Below, one piece after another: positions 1 through 9,801 of a stretch of 64,000 nt of DNA. The stretch is from an uncultured Gammaproteobacteria bacterium. GTDB taxonomy: Bacteria; Patescibacteriota; Patescibacteriia; Magasanikbacterales; GWA2-37-8. Both the position numbers and the translations under genes were made by a program. The notes beneath the pieces were generated by a model that saw only the letters and a list, made by a program, of their open reading frames with translations, had not been told where the DNA came from and made no database searches. The stretch covers positions 439,400-503,399 of the forward strand of contig CAYHBZ010000001.1 of the NCBI GenBank assembly GCA_964355175.1, given 5' to 3'. The stretch's first letter is position 1. Every line of letters starts with the position of its first letter.

Positions 1-679
1 TGACTTCTTTCACCATTTCTTTTTTGGCAAATTTGTCGCGGCGACTAAAGGCTTCACCTTTATAGATCCAAACTTTGACACCGATTTTACCATAAATAGT
101 CATTGCTTCATTCAAAGCATAATCTACATCACTGCGCAAAGTAATCAAAGACATTTTACCGGAAGCCATTTTTTCACGACGAGCAATTTCAGCACCGTTG
201 AGACGACCGGAGATACTGAATTTCACACCCTGAGCACCGGCGGACATTACTTTTTCAATAGCTTGTTTCATTACGCGTCTAAAAGGAATACGACGTTCGA
301 TTTCGGAAGCCATACTCTGACCAACAATCTGAGCGGACATCGCTGGGTTGACCACAGCCTGGATGTTCAATTTTACTTTAATTTTAAATTGCAAAATTTT
401 CTTTTCGATTTCCTTGCGGATTTCTTCCAGACCAGCGCCATTGCGACCGATGATTACACCAGGTTTAGCGGCCAAAATAGTAATACTTACTTCTTTTGGA
501 GTACGCTCAATACTGATGGCATCGATACCAGCTTCTTTTAATTTGGTATTTAAAAATTTACGAATTTTTACTTCTTGTTCTAAAACACCAGAAAATTTAT
601 CCTTGCTGGCATACCATTTGGAATCCCAAGCAAAGATGAAAGGGGTGCGATGAATTCGTGGATGTACTTTATGTCCCAT
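1..679 (-). CDS. rpsC: 30S ribosomal protein S3 (3' end outside window)
   Basis: Minus-strand ATG at 679 reads MGHKVHPRIHR...IIGRNGAGLEE...GRLNGAEIARRE..., typical S3 motifs; follows rplV in S10 order. Confidence 0.95.
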   Translation of the reverse strand, partial: MGHKVHPRIHRTPFIFAWDSKWYASKDKFSGVLEQEVKIRKFLNTKLKEAGIDAISIERTPKEVSITILAAKPGVIIGRNGAGLEEIRKEIEKKILQFKIKVKLNIQAVVNPAMSAQIVGQSMASEIERRIPFRRVMKQAIEKVMSAGAQGVKFSISGRLNGAEIARREKMASGKMSLITLRSDVDYALNEAMTIYGKIGVKVWIYKGEAFSRRDKFAKKEMVKEV

Positions 680-691
680 AGTATTTCAAAA

Positions 692-1060
692 TTATTTGGA
701 TAATTTCTTTTTAGGTTTTACTGTCAATTCGCCAAGTCCCAAAGTAATATGAGAAGTGCGTTCGCGAATTGGAGTAGCACGACCATGGGCTTTTGGCATC
801 CAGCGTTTCAACATCGGACCACCGTCTACCATTATGGTTTTCACACACAAATCAGCCGCCATCAAATTGTTATTGTGTTTGGCGTTGGCTACAGCGGAAT
901 TGAGTAATTTCAAAATCGGACGCGCAGCCGCTTTTTTGCTCAAAACCAAAATTTCTAAGGCTTTGGAAATCTTGCGACCACGAATCATATCGGCCACTAA
1001 ACGCACTTTGCGAGGGCCCATTCTTAGATAGCTAAGTTTTGCGGTTACTACCTGGCTCAT
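692..1060 (-). CDS. rplV: 50S ribosomal protein L22
   Basis: PRKVRLVADMIRG, LNSAVANAKHN, RTSHITL motifs; S10 operon order. Confidence 0.97.
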   Translation of the reverse strand: MSQVVTAKLSYLRMGPRKVRLVADMIRGRKISKALEILVLSKKAAARPILKLLNSAVANAKHNNNLMAADLCVKTIMVDGGPMLKRWMPKAHGRATPIRERTSHITLGLGELTVKPKKKLSK

Positions 1061-1091
1061 ACTTAAAAGTTATTTGAAAAATTATTTAGGT

Positions 1092-1433
1092 TTATTTTTT
1101 GCCGGCTGGAGCTTTCGGCGCAGCAGCTTTTGGAGCGGCTGAAGCAGCCACTGCAGCTTCTTGTTCTTTGGCCATCTTACCACCATGGCGAATGAATTTG
1201 CGGGTTAGAGCAAATTCACCAAGACGGTGACCTACCATATTTTCATCCACATACACGGTGATAAAATCTTTACCGTTGTGTACTTGGAAAGTGACACCTA
1301 CCATTTCAGGAGAAATGACGCAGGCGCGTGACCAAGTTTTGATAGGAGTTTTTTTACCGCTGGCTTTGACTGCTTCTACTTTGCTCAATACGCGCGGATC
1401 AATGTAGAGGCCTTTTTTTAAACTTCTGGACAT
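1092..1433 (-). CDS. rpsS: 30S ribosomal protein S19
   Basis: [28 protein letters not shown]. Confidence 0.97.
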   Translation of the reverse strand: MSRSLKKGLYIDPRVLSKVEAVKASGKKTPIKTWSRACVISPEMVGVTFQVHNGKDFITVYVDENMVGHRLGEFALTRKFIRHGGKMAKEQEAAVAASAAPKAAAPKAPAGKK

Positions 1434-1438
1434 AATGT

Positions 1439-2284
1439 TTATGCGTTATTTTTCTTACGAGGAGTGACAATAAACTTGTTGCTCCATTTTTGTGGTTTGC
1501 GAGTCAATACACCGCGAGCAGCTTTACCGTAAACAGTGCGAGGACCACGTTTCTGACCAATCGGAGAGTGACCTTCACCACCACCATGCGGGTGATCTAC
1601 TGGGTTCATGTTCTTACCTTTCACGCGTGGGCGGATACCGCGCAAGCGCATACGGCCGGCTTTACCATAACGGATCAAACGATGATCGGCATTTCCAAGC
1701 ATACCAATACTGGCCATACAAGTCTTGCGGATCTTGCGAGTTTCACCGGATGGCAAACGTACCAAAGCGTATTCACCTTCGATACCGATAAACTGAGCGG
1801 ACAAACCAGCGCCGCGCACCAGCTGACCACCTTTACCAGGAGTCAATTCAAGATTGTAAACAAATAAACCAACTGGAATGTCTTGCAAAGGCATGCGATT
1901 GCCATTTTTGGCTTCGATTGCTTTGTTACTAGACATTACCATATCACCAACATTTATACCTTGAGGAGCCAAAATATAAGCTTTGGTTTTATCGGCATAT
2001 TCCACTAGGGCCAAGCGAGGACCGCGGCTTGGATCGTATTCAATAGCGGTAATTTTACCTGGAGCATCAAATTTAAACTGTTTGAAATCAACAATACGGT
2101 AATATTGTTTCACACCGCCGCCCTGATGACGAACAGTAATTTTACCTTGGTTGTTGCGACCGGCATTCTTTTTGAGAATGGTGATCAGCGCTTTCTCCGG
2201 TTCAAATTTGGTGATATCGGCAAAAGCGTCTACGCTGCTTTTGCGGCGACCCGGAGTCGTTGGTTTGTAAATTTTAATAGGCAT
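1439..2284 (-). CDS. rplB: 50S ribosomal protein L2
   Basis: [32 protein letters not shown]. Confidence 0.98.
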   Translation of the reverse strand: MPIKIYKPTTPGRRKSSVDAFADITKFEPEKALITILKKNAGRNNQGKITVRHQGGGVKQYYRIVDFKQFKFDAPGKITAIEYDPSRGPRLALVEYADKTKAYILAPQGINVGDMVMSSNKAIEAKNGNRMPLQDIPVGLFVYNLELTPGKGGQLVRGAGLSAQFIGIEGEYALVRLPSGETRKIRKTCMASIGMLGNADHRLIRYGKAGRMRLRGIRPRVKGKNMNPVDHPHGGGEGHSPIGQKRGPRTVYGKAARGVLTRKPQKWSNKFIVTPRKKNNA

Positions 2285-2304
2285 AATTTTAGGTGTTGTG
2301 AGTA

Positions 2305-2802
2305 TTAGACGCCTTCGTGAATCACGATAGTTTTGCCTTTTGGCAAGGTCACTACCGCTTTTTTGTAATCACTGCGTTTGCCGTAATGATTACCGAAACG
2401 AATTGGCTTGCCCTGAACATTGATCATATTCACGGATAGTGGCTTCACGCCATAAACTTCGAAAACAGCTTGGCGCACAGCACCTTTGTTAGCACCGTTG
2501 GCTACTACAAAAATATATTGGTTTTCACTTTGTTTTACAGCACTTTTTTCAGTTACCAAAGCGCGCACCAAAATGTTGTTTTTAATTTTAGCCGCTTTTT
2601 TATCAGCTGGCGCCACTACTTCACCAGTAGCTGTTTCAGCTTTAGCGGTTTTGGTAGTTTTTTTGGCCGCAGTTTTAGCGGAAGTCTTTTTGGCAGGAGC
2701 AGTCTTTTCATCTTTTACCGATTTTTCTTCGGCTTTAGGAGCAGACTGTTTTTCCAAAACTTCTTCTTGCTTCTTTTTGGACCATCTATCAAGTAAACCC
2801 AT
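2305..2802 (-). CDS. rplW: 50S ribosomal protein L23 with long Lys/Ala-rich N-terminal extension
   Basis: C-terminal ~90 aa has VTEKS...KKAVVTL L23 core; position between rplD and rplB. Confidence 0.93.
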   Translation of the reverse strand: MGLLDRWSKKKQEEVLEKQSAPKAEEKSVKDEKTAPAKKTSAKTAAKKTTKTAKAETATGEVVAPADKKAAKIKNNILVRALVTEKSAVKQSENQYIFVVANGANKGAVRQAVFEVYGVKPLSVNMINVQGKPIRFGNHYGKRSDYKKAVVTLPKGKTIVIHEGV

Positions 2803-2827
2803 ATTATTAAAACTCTAAGTGATTAAA

Positions 2828-3457
2828 TTATTTTCCAAAAACTTCTTCCAGTTTTTTCACACCGTCTTTGGAAGTCAAAACTACGCCTTTTTTTAGCAAG
2901 TCCATCACATTGGCATCGCCAGCGCGTAAAGTTTTAACTGATTTCAAATTCTTGGTCATGCGCAAAACTGCTTCATCTTTGCCAGAGGTCAACACCAAAA
3001 AGTTTTTCAACTTGGTTGGCATCGCGGCGAGCACGCCCGCAAACATTTTTGTTTTTGGTTTATCAAAATTGAAATCTTCAAGCACCAAAAGATTGCCAGA
3101 TTGAGCTTTGTCGGAAAGACACATTTTGATCACGGACTGACGAGTTTTTTTGTTGATCTTGGTCTTGTAGTTGCGATCGGTCAAAGGACCAAAAGCGACA
3201 CCGCCGCCCTTCCAGATAGGAGAACGAATAGAACCGTGACGAGCACGACCAGTACCTTTTTGTTGCCATGGTTTTTTACCACCACCGCTTACTTCACCGC
3301 GATTCTTGGTATCAGCCCAAGGTTCACGTTGATTGTTGGTCTGCTGTACAAATACTTGGTGCACTACTTCCGGTTTAATTTTTACGCCGAAAACTTTGTC
3401 GGATAATTCCATTTCACCTGTTTCTTTGCCGGCTAAATTGTAAACTTTAATTTTCAT
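2828..3457 (-). CDS. rplD: 50S ribosomal protein L4
   Basis: TKNRGEVSGGGKKPWQQKGTGRARHGSIRSPIWKGGG. Confidence 0.98.
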   Translation of the reverse strand: MKIKVYNLAGKETGEMELSDKVFGVKIKPEVVHQVFVQQTNNQREPWADTKNRGEVSGGGKKPWQQKGTGRARHGSIRSPIWKGGGVAFGPLTDRNYKTKINKKTRQSVIKMCLSDKAQSGNLLVLEDFNFDKPKTKMFAGVLAAMPTKLKNFLVLTSGKDEAVLRMTKNLKSVKTLRAGDANVMDLLKKGVVLTSKDGVKKLEEVFGK

Positions 3458-3480
3458 ATAATAAATTCTTCTGTTTCAAA

Positions 3481-4206
3481 TTAAGCGTTAGAAACTTCAG
3501 TGACTGGAGCTTCAACTACAGTAGATTCCTCTACTACAGGTGCTACAGGAGTTTGTTCCACTACAGGAGCGGATTTTTCTTCGGCCTTTGAATTTTTTGT
3601 AATTTTTAGTTCACCAGGTCCTTGGATAATAATCAAAGCATTGCGACCGCCTGGGACAGCGCCTTTGACATAAATTTCATTTGTTTCAGGATGCACTTCT
3701 ACTACTTCCAAATTCTTTACAGTTACCTGATCGCCACCCATACGACCAGCCATGCGCATACCTTTGAAAACGCGTTGTACACCACCGGCACCAATGGAAC
3801 CAGGAGCACGCAAGTTGTCTTTATGACCGTGAGATGCAGGACCACCACGGAAATGATGACGCTTCACAACACCGGCAAAACCTTTACCTTTACTAACACC
3901 AGTAACTTCAATTTCGTCACCAGCAGTAAACGTATCTACCAAAACCAAATCACCGCGGGTGAGACCCTCGGTTTTTTCTGTACTAAATTCTTTTAAAAAC
4001 TCACTGTTAGCCAAGTCTTTCAAATGACCAGCTTGAGGTTTGCTCAAACGCCATTCTTTCTTTTCACCAAAACCAAGTTGCACAGCGTCCTTCTTTACCA
4101 ATACCACGGTACAAGGTCCGGCCAAAACACGAGTTACTGGCACTACTTCACCGGTAGGTAAAAATACCTGTGTCATTGCGATTTTCTTTCCTAAAATGAA
4201 TTTCAT
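3481..4206 (-). CDS. rplC: 50S ribosomal protein L3 (alternative start 4221)
   Basis: GKKIAMTQ, SKGKGFAGVVKRH, VKGAVPG. Confidence 0.97.
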   Translation of the reverse strand: MKFILGKKIAMTQVFLPTGEVVPVTRVLAGPCTVVLVKKDAVQLGFGEKKEWRLSKPQAGHLKDLANSEFLKEFSTEKTEGLTRGDLVLVDTFTAGDEIEVTGVSKGKGFAGVVKRHHFRGGPASHGHKDNLRAPGSIGAGGVQRVFKGMRMAGRMGGDQVTVKNLEVVEVHPETNEIYVKGAVPGGRNALIIIQGPGELKITKNSKAEEKSAPVVEQTPVAPVVEESTVVEAPVTEVSNA

Positions 4207-4269
4207 AGTATTTTTTGTCATTGCTTCCCAGACTAAAGGAAGGTAACTTAATTAAATTTCTAATCTTTT

Positions 4270-4545
4270 TTTAACAAAAAACTAGAAGCAACAACACTGA
4301 TTAAAACCCCTTTGGTTTACAGTACTTTTGCTTCTAGCCTTCTTTGCTTTCCAAAAAATTTGGTAGGCGGTATCTACTGTCACAAGACAGCAGATGAAAT
4401 AAGAATGGCTTTTAGTTTTTTATTGGTAAATATCTTTTTTTCTCCTGAGCTAAACCTGCCTGTGTAAATGTTTTTTGTTTTTTCTCCACGACTGAGTCGG
4501 GAGACAAATCTTATTTACTTAGACCTTTTAGCTAACTACTTGGTC
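4270..4545 (-). promoter_or_regulatory. Long structured 5' leader/ncRNA candidate upstream of rplC ending in a terminator-like hairpin
   Basis: Several hairpins (CTCCCGAC/GTCGTGGAG; ATCTGCTGTC/GACAGTAGAT; CTAGAAGCAA/TTGCTTCTAG followed by T6) between a promoter and rplC. Confidence 0.5.
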
Positions 4546-4547
4546 CT

Positions 4548-4577
4548 TATAATAGCACAATTCTTACGGTTTGTCAA
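4548..4577 (-). promoter_or_regulatory. sigma70-type promoter for the rplC operon
   Basis: TTGACA-17 bp-TATTAT with extended -10 TG, just downstream of the rpsJ stop. Confidence 0.7.
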
Positions 4578-4591
4578 GGGTTTTACCCCTC

Positions 4592-4957
4592 TTACATTTT
4601 GATTTCTACATCTACACCAGCTGGCAAATTCAAACTCATCAAAGCATCTACACATTTTGGACCGGCATTGATGATATCGATCAAACGTTTGTGTACGCGC
4701 ATTTCGTACTGTTCGCGAGCGTCTTTGTGGACAAAGGTAGAGCGCAAAACAGTGAATTTGGTCTTTTCTGTAGGTAAAGGTACTGGGCCAATTACTTTGG
4801 CATCGTTGCGAGCAGCGGTGTCAATAATAGTCTTGGTGGCCTGGTCAATAATACGGTTGTCGTAAGCGCGGATTTTGATGCGGATACGAGTACCAACTTC
4901 TTCTTTTGCCTTTGGAGCTACTTTTTCAGCTTTAGTTGTAGGATTTGTAGTTGTCAT
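4592..4957 (-). CDS. rpsJ: 30S ribosomal protein S10
   Basis: [36 protein letters not shown]. Confidence 0.98.
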   Translation of the reverse strand: MTTTNPTTKAEKVAPKAKEEVGTRIRIKIRAYDNRIIDQATKTIIDTAARNDAKVIGPVPLPTEKTKFTVLRSTFVHKDAREQYEMRVHKRLIDIINAGPKCVDALMSLNLPAGVDVEIKM

Positions 4958-5043
4958 GTTTTTAATTAAATAAAGGAACTAATTAAAGAACTATTTGAAA
5001 AAATCATAAGGGGGGGGTGTTTTTCAACACCTCCCCAAATAAT

Positions 5044-6234
5044 TTATTTATTGATTTTTGTTACTACACCAGCGCCGACGGTACGACCACCTTCGCGGAT
5101 AGTGAATTTCATTTTGTCTTCCATAGCTACTGGAGTGATCAATTTGATTTTCAAATTGACGGTATCACCAGGCATAACCATTTCTACACCAGCTGGCAAT
5201 TCAAGTACATCACCAGTTACATCGGTAGTACGGATATAGAACTGTGGTTTATAGCCTTTGAAGAATGGCTTATGACGACCACCTTCTTCTTTGGACAAAA
5301 TATAAACTTCTGCATCAAATTCAGTATGAGGAGTGATAGAACCGATTTTGGCCAAAACCATACCGCGTTCTACTTCTTCTTTTTTGGTGCCGCGCAACAA
5401 GATACCAGCGTTATCACCGGCCTGACCTTCTTTCAAAGATTTGTTAAACATTTCAATACCAGTAACGATAGTCTTCATTGGTTCTTCACGTAGACCAACG
5501 ATAGCAATTTCATCACCGATTTTGATCATACCACTTTCAATACGGCCAGTTACTACTGTACCACGACCTTCGATGGAGAATACATCTTCAACAGGCATCA
5601 AGAATGGTTTGTCAGTAGCGCGCTGTGGCTCTGGGATATATTCATCCAAAGTCTTGATCAAGTCCATTACTGGCTTGGAAGCAACTTCGTCGGTTGGGCT
5701 TTCCAAAGCTTTCAAAGCGGAACCGCGGATAATAGGAGTGGTGTCGCCAGGGAAACCATATTTGTTCAAAAGATCGCGAACTTCAACTTCTACCAATTCA
5801 ACCAAATCTGGATCGGCCATGTCGATCTTGTTCAAAAATACTACGATGTAAGGCACACCTACCTGACGAGCAAGCAAGATATGTTCACGAGTCTGAGGCA
5901 TCGGACCATCAGCGGCAGATACTACCAAAATAGCACCATCCATCTGAGCAGCACCGGTGATCATATTTTTCACATAGTCAGCGTGACCTGGACAGTCAAC
6001 GTGAGCATAGTGACGTTTTTCGGATTCGTATTCAACGTGAGCGGTAGAAATGGTAATACCACGAGCTTTTGACTCAGGAGCTTTATCCAAATCGCCTACG
6101 CCCTTATTCTGGGCAATACCGCCATGAGCGGCCAACACCTGCAAAATAGCAGCTGTCAAAGTTGTCTTACCGTGGTCAACGTGACCAATTGTACCTACGT
6201 TCAAATGGGGCTTGGTTCTTGAAAACTCAGCCAT
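5044..6234 (-). CDS. tuf: Elongation factor Tu
   Basis: [33 protein letters not shown]. Confidence 0.99.
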   Translation of the reverse strand: MAEFSRTKPHLNVGTIGHVDHGKTTLTAAILQVLAAHGGIAQNKGVGDLDKAPESKARGITISTAHVEYESEKRHYAHVDCPGHADYVKNMITGAAQMDGAILVVSAADGPMPQTREHILLARQVGVPYIVVFLNKIDMADPDLVELVEVEVRDLLNKYGFPGDTTPIIRGSALKALESPTDEVASKPVMDLIKTLDEYIPEPQRATDKPFLMPVEDVFSIEGRGTVVTGRIESGMIKIGDEIAIVGLREEPMKTIVTGIEMFNKSLKEGQAGDNAGILLRGTKKEEVERGMVLAKIGSITPHTEFDAEVYILSKEEGGRHKPFFKGYKPQFYIRTTDVTGDVLELPAGVEMVMPGDTVNLKIKLITPVAMEDKMKFTIREGGRTVGAGVVTKINK

Positions 6235-6427
6235 AGGATTAAATCTTCACGGCTCTACACCCGAGTGGTCGGGGCAGATTTTTGTCCAGCCGTTGTTTTT
6301 GTATATATATATTAATAAAAGAAACACGCTAACCAAATAGTTGATTAGCGTGGGCATTATATCAGGGTTTATTGGTTTTGGCAAGGGCCAAAGGGGTGTG
6401 GATAAATATTTGACATGAACACATTTT

Positions 6428-7000
6428 TTACTCAACAGGCTCAAGGTAGAATTTTTCCTCTTCTCCTTCGGGTAAATCAGACAAATCTTCCTCGGCAAAA
6501 TTGGTATTTGGGGTCGCTTCCGAAGCGGGCGATATTGGAGCAATATATTTGACTGGTTCAGCAGGTGGCTCTGGAATAGGCTCGGACATTGGGGCAAATT
6601 CAATCTCGTCTTCTAACTCTGAATCTTCTATTTCTTGGCTAAATTTAGCCAAATTTTCTGGTTCTTGGAGTTTTTCCGGTAAATCTTGCTCTTTTTCTTC
6701 TTCTTTGTCCATTTCCTCTTCTTCCAAATCCGGCTCTATTTCCGGCTCTTCATATTGAATTTGAGGCAAAGGGCTCTTTTTTTCATGTTGCTCCTGCCAG
6801 CGGTTGATGTCGTGATTCAGACGGCTGAGCATCTCTTCTTCGGCCAAATTTTCTACTTCGGTAGTAGTATTGAGCAAATCCTCGTACTCATCCAAATTCA
6901 TCACTACCATCGCTTCATCGGTATCTCTATCTAGTACCACAAATCTATCGCCAGTGCGTTTGACCAATCGGATTATTCTGTCCAGTTGTTTCTGTTTCAT
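6428..7000 (-). CDS. Hypothetical protein, Phd/YefM-like N-terminus plus acidic disordered tail
   Basis: MKQKQLDRIIRLVKRTGDRFVVLDRDTDEAMVVMNLDEYEDLL resembles Phd-fold N-termini; Glu/Pro-rich remainder; TTGACT-17-TAGAAT promoter at 7024-7052 supports start 7000. Confidence 0.75.
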   Translation of the reverse strand: MKQKQLDRIIRLVKRTGDRFVVLDRDTDEAMVVMNLDEYEDLLNTTTEVENLAEEEMLSRLNHDINRWQEQHEKKSPLPQIQYEEPEIEPDLEEEEMDKEEEKEQDLPEKLQEPENLAKFSQEIEDSELEDEIEFAPMSEPIPEPPAEPVKYIAPISPASEATPNTNFAEEDLSDLPEGEEEKFYLEPVE

Positions 7001-7172
7001 AAAAACTAGGTTATATATTTTTATTCTATATAAGCAGGGACAAATAGTCAACTCAGAAAAATATTTTTCTTCGTACTCCTACATTCTATCTGGCTTTATC
7101 TTTTATGTCTAGATTTGTAAAACGAATTACGGCTCTTAATAAGACGAAAATAACTAAACCAAAGCCTCAGCA

Positions 7173-7211
7173 AATAAAAAATCCAAAGCTCTAGACTCTG
7201 GATTTTTTATT
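7173..7211. terminator. Bidirectional intrinsic terminator
   Basis: AATAAAAAATCCA...TGGATTTTTTATT inverted repeat. Confidence 0.55.
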
Positions 7212-7302
7212 GGCTCTGACTACAAAATTTATAATCAAAGTGTGGCGCGCCGGATCCTACTCCTTTTTAAGTTAGGGGGCGCGCGGGGTGGGAATGAAAT
7301 GC

Positions 7303-7644
7303 CTAGTGATGGGGCACCTCCTTCAGCTGCGGAGCGGCCAGTCGAGCCGTCTCGACTCGACGACGCCGGCTTGGATCGCGGACGTAGGCCGGAAGATGTT
7401 CTCCGGGACTGATCGAGCTGAACGCCGTCGGCAGTGGCTTGGGCTCGGTGTTGCGGCTGGTCGGCTGGCGCTGGCGCAAAGCAGCCCAGAACCAGGACAG
7501 CAGCTCCCCAGGTTCGGTGAACAACAGTCCGCCGACAATGGCTACCGTGCCGATCACAGGCAACAACGACTCAACGAAGTACGCCACGACGAGCAATGCC
7601 GCCGCGAGGTACTCCATGTAATCACGAAAGGTCCACTTTCGCAT
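7303..7644 (-). CDS. GC-rich small predicted membrane protein
   Basis: Hydrophobic N-terminal half (1-2 TM segments), purine-rich SD-like AGGGGAG upstream, GC far above flanks. Confidence 0.55.
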   Translation of the reverse strand: MRKWTFRDYMEYLAAALLVVAYFVESLLPVIGTVAIVGGLLFTEPGELLSWFWAALRQRQPTSRNTEPKPLPTAFSSISPGEHLPAYVRDPSRRRRVETARLAAPQLKEVPHH

Positions 7645-7748
7645 TTCTCCCCTTTGCCGGTAGGCAAGGCCGAATTTGGCCCTATACCGGACACAGCTTA
7701 ACTATCATAATTATAACAGAAAGTCAAGGGTAAAGATATAATTATTCA

Positions 7749-7787
7749 ATAAAAAAACCTCCCGAACAATCGAGAGGTTTTTTATTT
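7749..7787. terminator. Intrinsic terminator after the Cys-rich surface protein gene
   Basis: A-tract-CCTCCCGA ACAA TCGAGAGG-T-tract. Confidence 0.6.
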
Positions 7788-7801
7788 TATTTACTTTATT
7801 T

Positions 7802-9550
7802 TTATGGTGTAACCAAATTTACTTTTACTTTTGCCCCACCCTTACCACTGTTACCTTGGTAAGTGAGCTCTACATACCCACCATTTTGTTTGAGCGCATA
7901 TTTTTTCTTGGCATTTACTTTGAGCACTACATTGGTGCTCTTGGCGCCATTTAATTTGAGCCAAACATAAGTGTTATTAAATTTCACTACTTGAAATTTG
8001 AAAACACTACCGTCAAATTTAAACCAGTTATTTTTACAAATAGTATAGATACCGTTGCCGCCCTGTTCATTGGTACAACTATCGCCGGTAGCATCCAGCA
8101 TAGTAGTATTGGAATCTACTTTGATCAGAGCGCGACCTTCGTCTCCTACACCCAAGTAAGTCAACATTACATATTTACCAGGTTTGTTGGTGACATAAAA
8201 AGTTTCTGGCTCATTGATCACCAGATCAGCATCATCTTCACTAAGATTGCTCAATAACACACTGGCGGTTTCACCATCATGATCCACTACTTTAACTTTT
8301 ACACCACTCCAGTAATGATCCACGGCATAGCCGGTACAAACAATGAAATTTACATTGCCGCCGGTGATATCCGAACAAGCTGGCAGAGATGAAGCGGAAT
8401 TGCCTGCGGTACTAGTAGCACTGCCGGCAGTATTAAATTTGAAGTAAGTATAATCAGACCACTGACCGGTAGAGCCGTTTGGAAAGACTGGCAACACACG
8501 AGTGCGGAATTGATTATCTCCGGCCAAAGGCGAAGTAGTGAAACTACTGGAATATGTTTTCCATTTAAAACTATCGGACCAATCGGCACCAACACCACAA
8601 TGATCACAAGCTACTTCCACCATGTAATTGTTGGCATTTTTTACTTCCAACCAATTGATAGTGGCAATACGAGGAAAATTGGTAAAAACAGAATTATTTA
8701 AAGGCGAAGTAATCGTAGTCTTGGATGACAAATCATAGCTTGAAATTGTTTCGGCTTTTTTGGCCTGACAAGCACCGGCTACACAGCCATTTTCACATTT
8801 ATACCACTGAGTATGTACATAATTTTTGCCATTGCCGGAGCTACAGTGAGTTTCGGCGATATAGTCACCGGAAGTTTTATTTTTATCGCCAATATAGGCA
8901 CCACAGCTATCACCATAAGTACCAGCAATACCGCTCACTTCATCATTACCGGTAGCAGTACCATAAACATAGTTATTGAAATTATCGCTTTCAGAACAAG
9001 TAGCGGCTGGAGCTACAGCCGGCTTGCCTTTACAAGCACCGGCCGAGCAACCATATTCACATTTATACCATTGAGTATGAACATATGGATTGGAGCTAGA
9101 ACCACTACAATATTTTTCAGCGATGAAATCGCCAGAAACTTGCCCTTGGTCACCCACATAATTTCCACAAGAATCTTGATAAGAACCAGCCACCTGACTG
9201 ACTTCATCTTTTCCGGTAGCGACACCAACAACATTATAATTCAAGCCACTTTCAGAATCACTGCAAGTAACTACCGGTGCGGCCGTACCAGTACAAGGTT
9301 TCCAATCTACGCGATATTGGGTAGCGGAAAGACAAGCCATAGTGTAATCTTTCAAACCATTACCGGCATCACGACATTCCGAAGTCAAAAAAGCGCTATA
9401 TGATCCATTCACTATCTGAATATCCTTGCCTACCTGAGTACATTTATCTACATTTACCGGATTCCAACCCACTTCCGGCAAAGCTGCTGACGCCATCTTT
9501 GGCGCCAAAGCTACCAGCAGTGCGGCCAGGAGCCAAACACTTTTTTTCAT
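7802..9550 (-). CDS. Secreted Cys-rich surface protein with tandem repeats and an FN3-like domain
   Basis: Signal peptide MKKSVWLLAALLVALAPKMASA; two ~80 aa repeats C.xSx..N..G...D.C...IAE..C...YVHTQWYKCExGCxAGAC; FN3-like ...GQWSDY; two further C-terminal beta-rich repeats. Confidence 0.85.
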   Translation of the reverse strand: MKKSVWLLAALLVALAPKMASAALPEVGWNPVNVDKCTQVGKDIQIVNGSYSAFLTSECRDAGNGLKDYTMACLSATQYRVDWKPCTGTAAPVVTCSDSESGLNYNVVGVATGKDEVSQVAGSYQDSCGNYVGDQGQVSGDFIAEKYCSGSSSNPYVHTQWYKCEYGCSAGACKGKPAVAPAATCSESDNFNNYVYGTATGNDEVSGIAGTYGDSCGAYIGDKNKTSGDYIAETHCSSGNGKNYVHTQWYKCENGCVAGACQAKKAETISSYDLSSKTTITSPLNNSVFTNFPRIATINWLEVKNANNYMVEVACDHCGVGADWSDSFKWKTYSSSFTTSPLAGDNQFRTRVLPVFPNGSTGQWSDYTYFKFNTAGSATSTAGNSASSLPACSDITGGNVNFIVCTGYAVDHYWSGVKVKVVDHDGETASVLLSNLSEDDADLVINEPETFYVTNKPGKYVMLTYLGVGDEGRALIKVDSNTTMLDATGDSCTNEQGGNGIYTICKNNWFKFDGSVFKFQVVKFNNTYVWLKLNGAKSTNVVLKVNAKKKYALKQNGGYVELTYQGNSGKGGAKVKVNLVTP

Positions 9551-9625
9551 ATTAATTTAAATTACTCTGCTAATGCAGATTAATAATATCTTTTATTATA
9601 GCAAAAATACAATAAACTTACAAAC

Positions 9626-9686
9626 AAAAACCGCCCGTCACTTAAAACTATAAATAAATTATAATCTTAAGTGAGTGCGGGCGGTC
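9626..9686 (-). terminator. Long terminator hairpin downstream of the cytidine deaminase gene
   Basis: ACCGCCCG..TCACTTAA / TTAAGTGA CGGGCGGT followed by T-tract on the minus strand. Confidence 0.55.
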
Positions 9687-9801
9687 GAAGTGTTGGACCA
9701 TTTTTCCCTCCCCACTTGGCCTAATGACCAAGACATCCTTACGGACGGAGCGATTTGAAATTGCTCTACCCACCATATTTTGGAAGATGGGTTCATGCGG
9801 T

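Noticed and set aside
263-6072. Numerous short plus-strand ORFs across the ribosomal cluster
   Set aside because: Antisense to highly conserved ribosomal and tuf genes
7085-7170. Possible gene remnant on the minus strand (GFGLVIFVLLRAVIRFTNLDIKDKAR*)
   Set aside because: Too short, no start codon or recognisable family; cannot be supported
8750-9270. Repeated DNA (CATTTATACCAxTGAGTATG) suggesting a CRISPR or DGR template/variable repeat
   Set aside because: In-frame protein domain duplication; differences are not adenine-specific, and no reverse transcriptase or cas gene is present
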